This document shows positions 17,969 through 27,228 of a stretch of 64,000 nucleotides of DNA, piece after piece; the stretch's first letter is position 1, and each line of letters begins with the position of its first letter. The notes beneath the pieces were generated by a model that worked only from the letters and a program-made list of their open reading frames with translations, did no database searches and was not told the origin of the DNA. Made by a program: the position numbers and the translations under genes. This DNA is from Thermoleophilia bacterium (GTDB taxonomy: Bacteria > Actinomycetota > Thermoleophilia > RBG-16-64-13), in contig JAXGIS010000004.1 in the NCBI GenBank assembly GCA_040770645.1, forward strand, positions 37,600 through 101,599, in the 5' to 3' direction.

Positions 17969-19318
17969 CTAACCGAGAGCCGTTCTGACGACATCCGCCA
18001 CTTGACGGCAGTACTTGTCAGTTATCTCGTCCGTGGGGCCCTCCACCATTATCCGACACATGCTCTGCGTTCCCGAGTACCGTACCAGCAACCGACCTTC
18101 GTCTTTCAGCTCAGCCTCAACCTGAGCAATAACCTCCACGATAGAGGGAATTGTGCTTAGGTCCGGCTTGCTCTTGACGTCGACATTGATGAGTTTCTGC
18201 GGGTACACATCCATCAGTTTGGCAAGCTCGGAGAGAGGTTCGCCGCTCTTGAGCATGGCTGCCAGCAACTGCAAAGCGGTGAGAATGCCGTCACCGGTGG
18301 TGTGGTGCTCCAAGAAGATCATATGCCCGGAATCCTCACCACCAATAACTGCGCCCAAACGCAGCATATCCTCCAGCACGTAGCGATCCCCCACTTGGGA
18401 GGCGTGGTGCTTGAAGCCGTGGCGTTTGCAGGCCACAGCCAGTCCCAGATTGCTCATCACCGTACTGACCACCAGATCATTGGCCAGCCGGCCTTCGTCC
18501 TTCATCTGTTTGGCACAGATCATCAGGATCTGATCCCCTGTGATCTCACGTCCCTGTTCATCGATGGCGATGAGTCGATCACCATCACCGTCGAAGGCCA
18601 AGCCCACGGCGCATCCGTTTTCCAGCACCGTCCGGCGCAGATCTGCGGTGTACTGTGATCCACAGTTGTGGTTGATATTGAAGCCGTCCGGATTGTTGTG
18701 AATCACGGTGAGGTCGGCGCCCAGTTCGGTGAGGGTCTCCGGCGCCACCTTGTACGTGGCGCCGTTGGCCACATCTATGGCGATCTTCATGCCTTCCAAG
18801 GACAGCTTGCGTGGAAAGGTGTTCTTCAAAAAGACGATGTAGCGTCCGTTTACGTCGTGCAGGCGGTACGCGCGACCCATGTCGCGCGGAGGCGGGACCA
18901 TCTCAGGAAGCTTCCCGCTCAGAACGAGGTCCTCGATACGCTGTTCCTGCGCATCAGACAGCTTGTACCCGCTCCCGGAGAATATCTTTATACCGTTGTC
19001 CTGGTATGGATTGTGTGAGGCCGAGATGACCAACCCGGCGTCGGCACGCATGCCCTCGGTGATCACGGCGATACCGGGCGTGGGCAGCACGCCGACCAAG
19101 TAGGGCACACCCCCCATACTGGTGACCCCGGACTCGAGAGCACTCTCCAGCATGTATCCCGAGATGCGGGTGTCTTTGCCTATGATCACGCGCGTGGTGT
19201 GGTGCTTCTTCCTCAGAACATACGTGATGGCCTGCCCCACAGCGAGAGCCACAGCCGCGTCCACGGGGTAACGGTTGGCCTCGCCCCTGATGCCGTCAGT
19301 CCCAAACAACCTGCCCAC
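17969..19318 (-). CDS. glmM: Phosphoglucosamine mutase
   Basis: GTG start at 19318 preceded by GAGGAG. (M)GRLFGTDGIRGEANRYP...GLVISASHNPYQDNGIKIF...GDGDRL...GGEDSGH. The ORF-track N-terminal extension is probably not translated. Confidence 0.9.
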   Translation of the reverse strand: MGRLFGTDGIRGEANRYPVDAAVALAVGQAITYVLRKKHHTTRVIIGKDTRISGYMLESALESGVTSMGGVPYLVGVLPTPGIAVITEGMRADAGLVISASHNPYQDNGIKIFSGSGYKLSDAQEQRIEDLVLSGKLPEMVPPPRDMGRAYRLHDVNGRYIVFLKNTFPRKLSLEGMKIAIDVANGATYKVAPETLTELGADLTVIHNNPDGFNINHNCGSQYTADLRRTVLENGCAVGLAFDGDGDRLIAIDEQGREITGDQILMICAKQMKDEGRLANDLVVSTVMSNLGLAVACKRHGFKHHASQVGDRYVLEDMLRLGAVIGGEDSGHMIFLEHHTTGDGILTALQLLAAMLKSGEPLSELAKLMDVYPQKLINVDVKSKPDLSTIPSIVEVIAQVEAELKDEGRLLVRYSGTQSMCRIMVEGPTDEITDKYCRQVADVVRTALG

Positions 19319-19365
19319 GGTTACTCCTCTCGATGTGCAACAAAACGATCGCGGGCTCCCTCGCC

Positions 19366-20607
19366 CTACGAATGGATTTCGTCCTCGAACAAACCCATGC
19401 CGGGCACAAAGGCCGCCGCCCGCCGGCACAGGTCATCCACAATGCCCTGCAACCAAGCTTCACCCTGTGCGGTGACGGCGGCCGGCAACTTCTGGATGGT
19501 AGAGACGTATTCCGCTTGGATCGAGTTCGCACGACCTCCCACCGCCTCGCGAAAAGAGGCCAGGAACTCGTCACGCCCCGCGCTGGACGGCTCCTGGAAG
19601 AACAGAGCGCATATCTCCGCCACGCACTCCTTGAGCCCGGCCCGAGCCGTATCGCTGGGATAGACCCCCTCCACCATCACCCGCAGTCGCTTGGTACGCT
19701 CCTCTTTGGCCAGCATCAGCATCTCCAGAGCGCCTTCGTACACCGCCTGTCCCAACTCCTGGGCTGCGAAGAACGGCCGGCGCACCTGCCGGTACCATTC
19801 CTCCAACGCAACCAGGTTGGCCAGGTAGGTCAAGTTGTTGGTCACGACCCGCCGCAGATTCTTGTGTGCGCGAAGAGCCACACTCCGCTCTACCCCGGGG
19901 TGAGGAGCCACGATCACGAATCGATCATCCTCCCCGATATCGTCCCGCAGGATAGAACCTGCGGCCGTGACGGTGCCGTAACCGACCCGTACCGGCCCCA
20001 CCGACCCCCCTTGGCCCCCCAGGAAGATGGGGCGGCGATTCAGCATCACTCCCCGTGGCACGTCACCGAAGAGCGAAGCCGTGGTCTTGTTTCCATCGGG
20101 GGTGAAGTTGAAGTGAATGTAGGAGCTGCCCACCTCGCTGTGATCCTTGCGACTGGTGCCGCCCGCCATGAGGCAGTCACAGAAGTTGATGAGACTACCC
20201 AGCGTGACAAAAGGAAAGAGAATGGTTTGCTTGAGGCCCACGCAGTGGGCACCGTTGGCCTCCTCCTCCAGAATGCTGCCTTCGCGCACGTGAGCGCCCA
20301 ATCCCATATTTGCCTTGGCCAAGAAGACCGACCTATGGAAGTAGCCGCCTTTCAGTTCCACATGGGGCCCCAAACGGCAGTCGTCAATGGTGACCGGTCC
20401 CTCGGCCCCCAACTTGACACCGGCCGAGATGACAGTGGCGGCGCCGTAGATGCGACATCCAGGGAACAGCACCACGCCACGCGTTGAGATGCGCTCGAGA
20501 TCCACTTCCGGACCGATGTCAAGAGTCAGGGGGTTGGGTATCTGCACCCCTCTGCGGATGAGTTCGACTATAGCCTCGTGGCTTCTGGGTCGCAGTTCCA
20601 TGGTCAT
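19366..20607 (-). CDS. Left-handed beta-helix acyl/acetyltransferase, GlmU C-terminal-like, with helical C-terminal extension
   Basis: Start at MTMELRP (20607). Hexapeptide-repeat region (VLFPGCRIYGAATVISAGVKLG...GPHVELKGGYF...), then ~120 aa helical. Operon with glmM and nagB. Confidence 0.65.
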   Translation of the reverse strand: MTMELRPRSHEAIVELIRRGVQIPNPLTLDIGPEVDLERISTRGVVLFPGCRIYGAATVISAGVKLGAEGPVTIDDCRLGPHVELKGGYFHRSVFLAKANMGLGAHVREGSILEEEANGAHCVGLKQTILFPFVTLGSLINFCDCLMAGGTSRKDHSEVGSSYIHFNFTPDGNKTTASLFGDVPRGVMLNRRPIFLGGQGGSVGPVRVGYGTVTAAGSILRDDIGEDDRFVIVAPHPGVERSVALRAHKNLRRVVTNNLTYLANLVALEEWYRQVRRPFFAAQELGQAVYEGALEMLMLAKEERTKRLRVMVEGVYPSDTARAGLKECVAEICALFFQEPSSAGRDEFLASFREAVGGRANSIQAEYVSTIQKLPAAVTAQGEAWLQGIVDDLCRRAAAFVPGMGLFEDEIHS

Positions 20608-20887
20608 TCCCCGTGCGATAGGATGACCGAGCATGAGCGCCGAGCATGGGCACCGAGCATGGGCAACTCCTCGGAGGGCGCTTCGCCCGTTTTGAAGGCC
20701 GCAGGGAAGAGTGGACCAGGACCGGGCTGCTGTCAAGTGGCTAGGTGTTGATGAATTCCCCCAACCTCCTGGCGACATACACGTCCGGACCGGACTCAAC
20801 GAAGGAGAGCGCCACCCGATGCACGCTCCCGCCAGACTGCGGTGGCTGCGCTCAGCGTCCGGTGACCGTGGTCACCCTCATGCGTCT

Positions 20888-21925
20888 TCAACCGGCGTCG
20901 TGGTGACCCGCCCCCGCGGCATAACGGCCACCCACGGGTCCCAGGAAGCGCCTCCCGTACCTGAGGACCTCTTGGACCTTCCCGCGAGCGATGAGTTCCT
21001 TGACCGCGGCCTGAACCACAGCCGGGGAGCGGTCTAGGAAGACGACGGACAGATCCCACTCGTCCATAGGGTGGCGGCCCACCACTGCCATAATGGCGTC
21101 CATCAACTCGGAGTCAGGGGGTTCCACCCCACCGTCGGCGCCGGCTGATGGAGCGATATCCGCTAACGAGGGGGCATCGCATGATGAGGTGGGTCCAGTG
21201 GACGGTGGCGGCGGAACAGCCTCCGCCACCCGACCGAGGATAGACACCGCCTCCGCCACCCTGTCTTCCAACGGCGGATGCACCCAAGCCTCCGCGGGTG
21301 AACGAACGGGGGTGTTGACGTGGATTGCATCGGGGCCGATACGATCCAGCACCCGTGCCAGATCGGCCAGTTGCTCACCACTATCGTTGAGGCCCGCCAC
21401 AAGCATAACCTCCACCCACAACTTGCCCTCGAACTGTGACCGAAAGCTGGCCAACCCCGCCACGAAGTCGCTGTAGTGCAGCGATGGGTGTGGACGATTG
21501 ATCCGCCGATAGAGAGAGGCCGAGCCCGCGTCCACCGAAGGGAGCACGGCATCGGCGCCCAGGAGCTCCGCGCGCACCCCCGGGAGATACAAGAGGGAGC
21601 CGTTGGTAAGCACGGCCACCGGAACCTCGCTCAGCACTTTGATCTCGGACAGCAACCTACCCATCTGACTGTGCAGCAGCGGCTCGCCCGAACCGACGAA
21701 GGTGATCCAGTCGATCTCCCTACATTCGGGGCGCGACAACACGCGGCGCACCTCGTCGACCACATCCTCGAGAGGGCAATAGGGCGCGCGTCGGACAGAC
21801 AGAGGGCGCGTTCGCCCCAGTTGACAATAGACGCAGTTCCAGTTGCAGGTCTTGAGGGGGATCGTGTCTATGCCGAGTGATCTACCCAGCCTGCGGGACG
21901 AGACGGGTCCAAAGACGTACTTCAT
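20888..21925 (-). CDS. Radical SAM enzyme (COG0731-like) with C-terminal winged-helix-like extension
   Basis: MKYVFGPVSSRRLGRSLGIDTIPLKTCNWNCVYCQLGRT carries the CxxxCxxC motif. Also FVGSGEPLL and AVLTNGSLL. The C-terminus reads VVQAAVKELIARGKVQEV. Confidence 0.8.
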   Translation of the reverse strand: MKYVFGPVSSRRLGRSLGIDTIPLKTCNWNCVYCQLGRTRPLSVRRAPYCPLEDVVDEVRRVLSRPECREIDWITFVGSGEPLLHSQMGRLLSEIKVLSEVPVAVLTNGSLLYLPGVRAELLGADAVLPSVDAGSASLYRRINRPHPSLHYSDFVAGLASFRSQFEGKLWVEVMLVAGLNDSGEQLADLARVLDRIGPDAIHVNTPVRSPAEAWVHPPLEDRVAEAVSILGRVAEAVPPPPSTGPTSSCDAPSLADIAPSAGADGGVEPPDSELMDAIMAVVGRHPMDEWDLSVVFLDRSPAVVQAAVKELIARGKVQEVLRYGRRFLGPVGGRYAAGAGHHDAG

Positions 21926-21982
21926 GCAAGGATGGTGCCGCACCTCACCCACAATCATGTGCAGGCGTCCGTGGGCGCAGGG

Positions 21983-22873
21983 TCAGGAGGCTCGGAGGTT
22001 GCCCTTGGTGAGGTAGCGATTGAATTCTTTGCGCCCCCCGCCCGCCGCCACGATCTCGACGGTATGGGCAACATCGGCCACCACCGATCCCGAGAGCCAC
22101 GTGACCGGGGTGTCGGCGAAGGCAGACGGGAGCATGGGGGTCGATGCGCCCACCATGGCCACCTCACGACAGGAGGCACAAGCCGCTAGGAGTCCGTCGA
22201 TGCTGCCGTTGGTGATGGTACCGCTGGTGATGATGGCGATGTCGCATTTGGGAAGTACTTCATAAGCCTCATCGGCAGGCAGGCAGTCGCCCTCGTCCCG
22301 CCTCTCGAAGATGTGGAGGTGCCTGCATCGCGACCGCAGTGGCCTAACCAGGGGTCCGAAGAACCCAACCATGCCCACGATATCTTCCGGCCGAACCGCA
22401 AGGTATTCGAGAAGATCTCCCGGGAGTAGGGAGACGTCAGCACGGTTGACCAGAGCATTCACTGCCGCAAGCGCCACCGCCGCCGTCACTGAATCGGGCG
22501 ACCTAAGGTTTTCGACCAACTCAGCCGACGAACGCCCGATGTAACCCTGGAACGCGGCGCCGGCCTGCGGCGGCGCCACCCCCGCGTCAGGGTCGCCGCA
22601 ACACCCGGCCGACCACACCGGATGTTGCGTCAGAGCCACCCCCGCACTTCCGTCGACCAGTTGGACGGCGGAGTATTTCCGTCCCACCACAATATCGGAC
22701 ACCACAGGGTCCGCCATGGTAGTGCGGCCACCGTCTGCGCCCCGAGGCGCAGAGACAATCCGCGCGATGCGCTCGACCATGGGCAACGCAGTGCCGAGCG
22801 CGTGTTCGCTCGGGAGGGCACCCCCGGGGGCGCCGCCAGACGCCCCCGGGTCACACGGAGGAGTAGTACTCAC
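21983..22873 (-). CDS. DUF4213/DUF364 (putative heavy-metal chelation, Rossmann-like) protein
   Basis: VVGRKYSAVQLVDGSAGVALT (DUF4213-like) and IVGMVGFFGPLVRPL...LPKCDIAIITSGTITNGSIDGLL...VAMVGASTPMLP (DUF364-like). The GTG start directly abuts the DUF5320 stop. Confidence 0.75.
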   Translation of the reverse strand: MSTTPPCDPGASGGAPGGALPSEHALGTALPMVERIARIVSAPRGADGGRTTMADPVVSDIVVGRKYSAVQLVDGSAGVALTQHPVWSAGCCGDPDAGVAPPQAGAAFQGYIGRSSAELVENLRSPDSVTAAVALAAVNALVNRADVSLLPGDLLEYLAVRPEDIVGMVGFFGPLVRPLRSRCRHLHIFERRDEGDCLPADEAYEVLPKCDIAIITSGTITNGSIDGLLAACASCREVAMVGASTPMLPSAFADTPVTWLSGSVVADVAHTVEIVAAGGGRKEFNRYLTKGNLRAS

Positions 22874-23161
22874 TTATTTCTCTCTTCTATCGGGTGGAGC
22901 GGCCACAGATTGCATGGATCTCCGCCGCCAAGCCCGCGCAGGATCTGAGATGCCGAGAAAGCGATTGCGCCTACCCCGGCCCCATCCGCCGGAGAGGCGA
23001 CGGCCCAAGAACCTGCCTGCTCCCAGCGCGAAACGCCATCCCCCCAGCCGGCCGACCCCAAGCCTGCCACCTGCGGATTCGCCGGAGCCCATGCAGTAGC
23101 CACCACCCCGACCCGTCATCGGCCCGTTTCCCTGCGGACCGGTTCTGTCACCACCAGGCAT
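22874..23161 (-). CDS. DUF5320 family protein
   Basis: MPGGDRTGPQGNGPMTGRGGGYCMG... followed by a Gly/Arg-rich region, the hallmark N-terminus of DUF5320. Confidence 0.7.
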   Translation of the reverse strand: MPGGDRTGPQGNGPMTGRGGGYCMGSGESAGGRLGVGRLGGWRFALGAGRFLGRRLSGGWGRGRRNRFLGISDPARAWRRRSMQSVAAPPDRREK

Positions 23162-23384
23162 CACTGCCCCCTTTCGTGAGGATGGTGCGCAACCACGGCC
23201 ATCCCTGTACACGCTTCCACGGCACCATCCATCGTCCATCTATATGCATTTTACATCTATAACTCCGCCACAAGCAAGCCCTGTTCTCTGCGTCCCCACC
23301 CCTCAGAAGACCCATCCTCGGCACCTGCACCTACATCAGGCCACGCCGTTCATCTGTTCTTTTCCCATGCTAGATGATAAGGAA

Positions 23385-23410
23385 GATGAAGGTAATTGAT
23401 GAAGGTAATG
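23385..23410 (+). repeat. Tandem 13-bp direct repeat in the leader of the 23454 ORF
   Basis: GATGAAGGTAATT GATGAAGGTAATG, inside a visibly AT-richer ~210-bp intergenic stretch. Confidence 0.8.
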
Positions 23411-23453
23411 GAAGTCAGGAGCTCAGCCGATACTGGGAGCTAAGGGGGTCTCC

Positions 23454-24794
23454 ATGGCAGGACGCGGCGATCAGGCACTCACGATCCACTTATCCGGACC
23501 ACTCTCCGGCTGCAATCAGACGCAAAGAGAGGCCTGGCGTCAGGAGTTGGCCCAACTGCTCCACGAATTCACCTGTACCAGCCCCCACACCTGGGGTGAC
23601 ACATGGGACTTCTCACGCAATCTGCGCGCGGTAGCCCAGTGCGACATTCTGGTGGCCAACATGTGGAAGGAGTCCATAGGCACTACTTTTGACATCATCT
23701 ACGCCCGCAATCTCGGTAGACCCATCGTCCTCATCGATCCCAATCACCTGGAGAACAAGCTGCTCGAGGGCTTCGTGAGCCCCGCCAAACCCGTTTCCAA
23801 CCTGCGCAAAGCAGCCTCCCTGGTACGGGAACTGGCAAACACCATGACTTCTTTCGATATTCGTAAGAAAGACGGCACTTTCGAGCCCTTCAGCCGTACA
23901 AAGCTGATACGTTCGGTGAGGCTGGCAGTGGCTGAAGCCGGGATCGCCGACATCGAGTTCCCTAACCAAATCATCGCCCCCGTGGCCGAAGCCCTGCTGC
24001 GCATGACGCAGACCCGTGTGGCCACAACTGAAGACATCCGAGATCAACTGTTCTTGCAACTCGATCGAATAACTGAGCTCGTCACCGAACGCGCCTTCAC
24101 ACGTGAAGCAGCCGCGGCGGTCAAGGAGGCTTGGCGCAGCCGTGAGGCGCGCAAGCAAGGTGATCAGGCTATTGATGCTCTGCGATCAGAGATCGAGGGA
24201 CTGAGGAACGAGTTGGCTGCACGGGAGACCCGGATAGCGCAGTTGCAGTCCGCCTTGAGCGAGAAGTCGCCACGGGCGGGTGGACCTGATGGAAGCGGTC
24301 TCCAACACCCAACCGATCCGATGGATGGGGTACCGCCTCCTGCGAGCGTGGCCGATAGCCTCCAACGCGCGGCTGCGGAGTTCGCCGACTGCATGGTCGT
24401 CCTTCCACAGGCCATGGACTCGGCCGCAGACTGTCCGCTCGAGGACCCACTCAAGGCCTTGATCGCCATACGGCTTCTGGGGAGGTGTACGCGCGAACGC
24501 ATGGCCGCACGCACGATGGGAACCCACTTTGTGGGCCCCAAGCAGTGGTTCTCGAACCACCGTGAAGAAGCCCCTTGGCTGGAGTACGCGCCACACGAGA
24601 GCCCAACCACCGCAGGGAAGTTCGGCAGTGAACGCACCTTCCTAGTGGACGGCCGGCCCACATTCATGGAGCAACACCTCAAGATCGGCGCCGGCGGGGT
24701 CACATCCACTTTGCGCATCCACTTCAAGTTCGACGAGCACGGGCGCGCGATCATCGGCCACTGCGGGCGCCATCTCCCCAACACCAAGAGCTGA
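23454..24794 (+). CDS. Multidomain protein: nucleoside 2-deoxyribosyltransferase-like domain + ATP-cone + coiled coil + unassigned C-terminal domain
   Basis: aa 8-100: IHLSGPLSG...AVAQCDILVANMWKESIGTTFDIIYARNLGRPIVLI (NDT/Rcl-like). aa ~133-215: FDIRKKDGTFEPFSRTKLIRSVRLAVAEAG...TTEDIRDQLFLQL (ATP-cone). aa ~225-270: coiled coil. C-terminus ...YAPHESPTTAGKFGSERTF...TLRIHFKFDEHGRAIIGHCGRHL is not assigned. RBS AAGGGGG lies before the ATG. Confidence 0.7.
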   Translation: MAGRGDQALTIHLSGPLSGCNQTQREAWRQELAQLLHEFTCTSPHTWGDTWDFSRNLRAVAQCDILVANMWKESIGTTFDIIYARNLGRPIVLIDPNHLENKLLEGFVSPAKPVSNLRKAASLVRELANTMTSFDIRKKDGTFEPFSRTKLIRSVRLAVAEAGIADIEFPNQIIAPVAEALLRMTQTRVATTEDIRDQLFLQLDRITELVTERAFTREAAAAVKEAWRSREARKQGDQAIDALRSEIEGLRNELAARETRIAQLQSALSEKSPRAGGPDGSGLQHPTDPMDGVPPPASVADSLQRAAAEFADCMVVLPQAMDSAADCPLEDPLKALIAIRLLGRCTRERMAARTMGTHFVGPKQWFSNHREEAPWLEYAPHESPTTAGKFGSERTFLVDGRPTFMEQHLKIGAGGVTSTLRIHFKFDEHGRAIIGHCGRHLPNTKS

Positions 24795-24825
24795 AAGCCT
24801 GTCGACTTCCCCGTCTGAATGCACG

Positions 24826-24847
24826 GGGGGCCGGGCCCTCGGCCCCC
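24826..24847. terminator. GC hairpin between convergent genes
   Basis: GGGGGCCG-GGCCCT-CGGCCCCC, 8-bp stem, 30 nt after the stop at 24794. Confidence 0.45.
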
Positions 24848-24897
24848 AGATCATAGTCGAGTCGGAGCCGCGAATCAGCCGCTGGGCCCTGGCGCCA

Positions 24898-25925
24898 TCA
24901 ACCCCTTCCAAACGCTGCCAATGCGCCGCCGCACACCACGAGAATCACCAGTAGAGCTACCTTGGCGCCAAGCCGTTCGTGGCGGCGGAGAAACACCATC
25001 GCAAACACGAAGGTGAAAATCGGTGCCGTGTTCTTCAGCGCCGTAATAACCGCTACCTTGCCTCCGTACTGGAGCGCCAGCATGAAACCAGCCGTGCCCA
25101 TTGCAGACGCCACGCCGGAGAGCAACAGATATGCACCCCTCTTCCACCCTACTGAGAAGGGCTCGCGCAACTTGCCCCCCACGGCGTACACGGCGACCAT
25201 GACCAACAATGCCACAGTGATATTGATAGCCGCTCCAAACAAAGCGACCGGCATCTCATTGACACCGAGTGCTCTCAAGACACCAGCGCTGGCAAAGAGG
25301 AGTCCGGAGAGTATGGCGAACGCCATACCCGAGCGCTCAGTACGAGCAGGGCACTGGGAGCCGGCCCGCGGCTCAGCCCCCGCAAGTGCCACGGAGCCAA
25401 GCGCACCCATTCGGGTCTCCTCCGCACCCAAGTCAGGGAATGTGGCTGCAACATCCTCCGTATCAACCTCGCTGTTCCCGGCCGTCTCACGAATGAAAGC
25501 TATGGCTCCCACCATAAGGATGACGATGCCGGCTCCCGACACGAGTGAGATGCTCTGTCCCAGCACGAGGAGCGCAATCACCAACGCAAACAGGTTGTCG
25601 GTCATGGTGAGCGAAGCCGTGCGTGTGGCACAATACGGTGGATGGCGGCAAAGTTGGCGGCCTGCCCGGCCAGGCCGGCCATCAAACCTGCAGAGCAAAG
25701 TAGAAAACCCCAGAGGACTCACTCCGTATGGCGGATACGCCCCCAACAAGCACACTGCAGCAACCAGGGCCAACGTACCCCCCACCGTTGATGAGAAGAG
25801 CAGTGAACGGGGAGATCCGCGCTCCACGGAGTCCCAGCTGCATGAACACATACGTCCACGCAAACCCGAACGCAGACAACAAAGCGAACGCGGTGGTGGT
25901 CAAACCCTCTTCTCCTCCGCGACAC
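24898..25925 (-). pseudogene. EamA/DMT-family transporter, frame-disrupted
   Basis: The C-terminal half in ORF 24898-25863 (FAILSGLLFASAGVLRALG...ITALKNTAPIFTFVFAMVFLRRHE) is EamA-like. The N-terminal TM segments (TTTAFALLSAFGFAWTYVFMQLGL) lie in the frame of ORF 25682-26485. Confidence 0.6.
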
Positions 25926-26102
25926 AGAGATCCGTGATTTCCGCGATGCGGAAACAGGGTCGGATTGTACCCGTTACACGACACGTGCGCCCGACTAGCC
26001 CGGACACGCCAGGTGATTTCGACACCGGCTTCCAGCCCGAGGCAGCAGTGGGGCCAACGCATCGGGTTTCTCTCAATCAGAGGCGTGTGATATCTTGAAA
26101 CG

Positions 26103-26224
26103 GTGAAGGGGAGTAGCCGGCTCGCCCCAGCCTTGTAGGCCACACGGGCGAGCGGTGCGTTCGTCAGTACGGGAATACGGCAGAGCCGATTCCCCGGGCG
26201 CACCTTCGTGGCGAGACCTTCGGT
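26103..26224 (+). promoter_or_regulatory. yybP-ykoY (manganese) riboswitch
   Basis: 5' GAAGGGGAGUAGC... and 3' ...GGCGAGACCUUC conserved blocks, with P1 pairing GAAGG/CCUUC, upstream of a TerC-family gene (canonical context). Followed by the hairpin GGAGG-N10-CCUCC at 26236-26256. Confidence 0.8.
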
Positions 26225-26297
26225 GATTGTTGCCGGAGGTCTTCTGCGGCCTCCGAGAGTGGACCGCAAGCGAACGGAAAGGGTAGGGACACCCTGC

Positions 26298-27228
26298 ATG
26301 ACCGGCACCATCCCCTGGATCGCATTCGGCGTGTTGGTGGCTCTTCTCATCACGCTCGACCTCTTCGTTTTCAGTCGCAGGCAAGAAGTGCCCACCGTCA
26401 GGCAGGCATTGCGGTGGTGTGCGTTCTGGATCACGCTGGCCTTCCTGTTCGCGGGTTTCGTGTGGTGGTGGCAGGGCGGCGCCATGGCCCGGGAGTTCGT
26501 AGCGGCCTACCTGGTGGAGGAGTCACTGAGCGTCGACAACATGTTCGTGTTCCTCCTGGTGTTCACGGCTCTCGGTATCGGACCGGAACATCAGCGCAAA
26601 GTGCTGTACCTGGGTATCTTCGGCGCTATTGTGCTGCGATTGTTGTTCATCCTCGGGGACTCGCCCTGCTCGAGCACTTGTCTTGGACCATGTATGTGTT
26701 CGGAGCTCTGCTCATCTTCACCGCCGTGCGCATGTGGCGATCACAGGAAGCCACCATCGACCTGCAAAAGAACCCCGTGGTCAGGTTCGCGGAGCGCCAT
26801 CTTGCCCTCGACCCCACTTACAAAGGCCACTCCTTCGTCACCCGAGTCAACGGCAGGCTCCTCTTCACCCCCTGGTCTTGGCACTGGTCGCCATCGAATC
26901 GGCCGACATCGTGTTTGCGGTGGACTCCGTCCCTGCGGTCCTCGCCATAAGTCGCCATCCCTTCATCGCCTTCAGTTCCAACGTCTTCGCCATCCTCGGG
27001 CTGCGGTCGCTGTATTTCGCACTGGCCGGATGCATGAACCGCTTCGCCTACCTGCACTACGGCCTTGCCGCCATTCTGGCTGTAGTGGGGATCAAGATGA
27101 TCATCGCCGAGTGGTATCACGTGCCCACGGTCGCCGCCTTGGGCTTCATCGCGGTGGCGCTGGCGGTTTCCATTCTGGTATCCGTAGTCAAGACGAGGCG
27201 GAGGGGTGCCGGGTGGCGTCGGTCATGA
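26298..27228 (+). pseudogene. TerC/Alx-family membrane protein, two frame disruptions
   Basis: MTGTIPWIAFGVLVALLITLDLFVF...AYLVEESLSVDNMFVFLLVF (frame 1) / LLEHLSWTMYVFGALLIFTAVRMW (frame 2) / LVAIESADIVFAVDSVPAVLAISRHPFIAFSSNVFAILGLRSLYF (frame 3). Confidence 0.75.
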
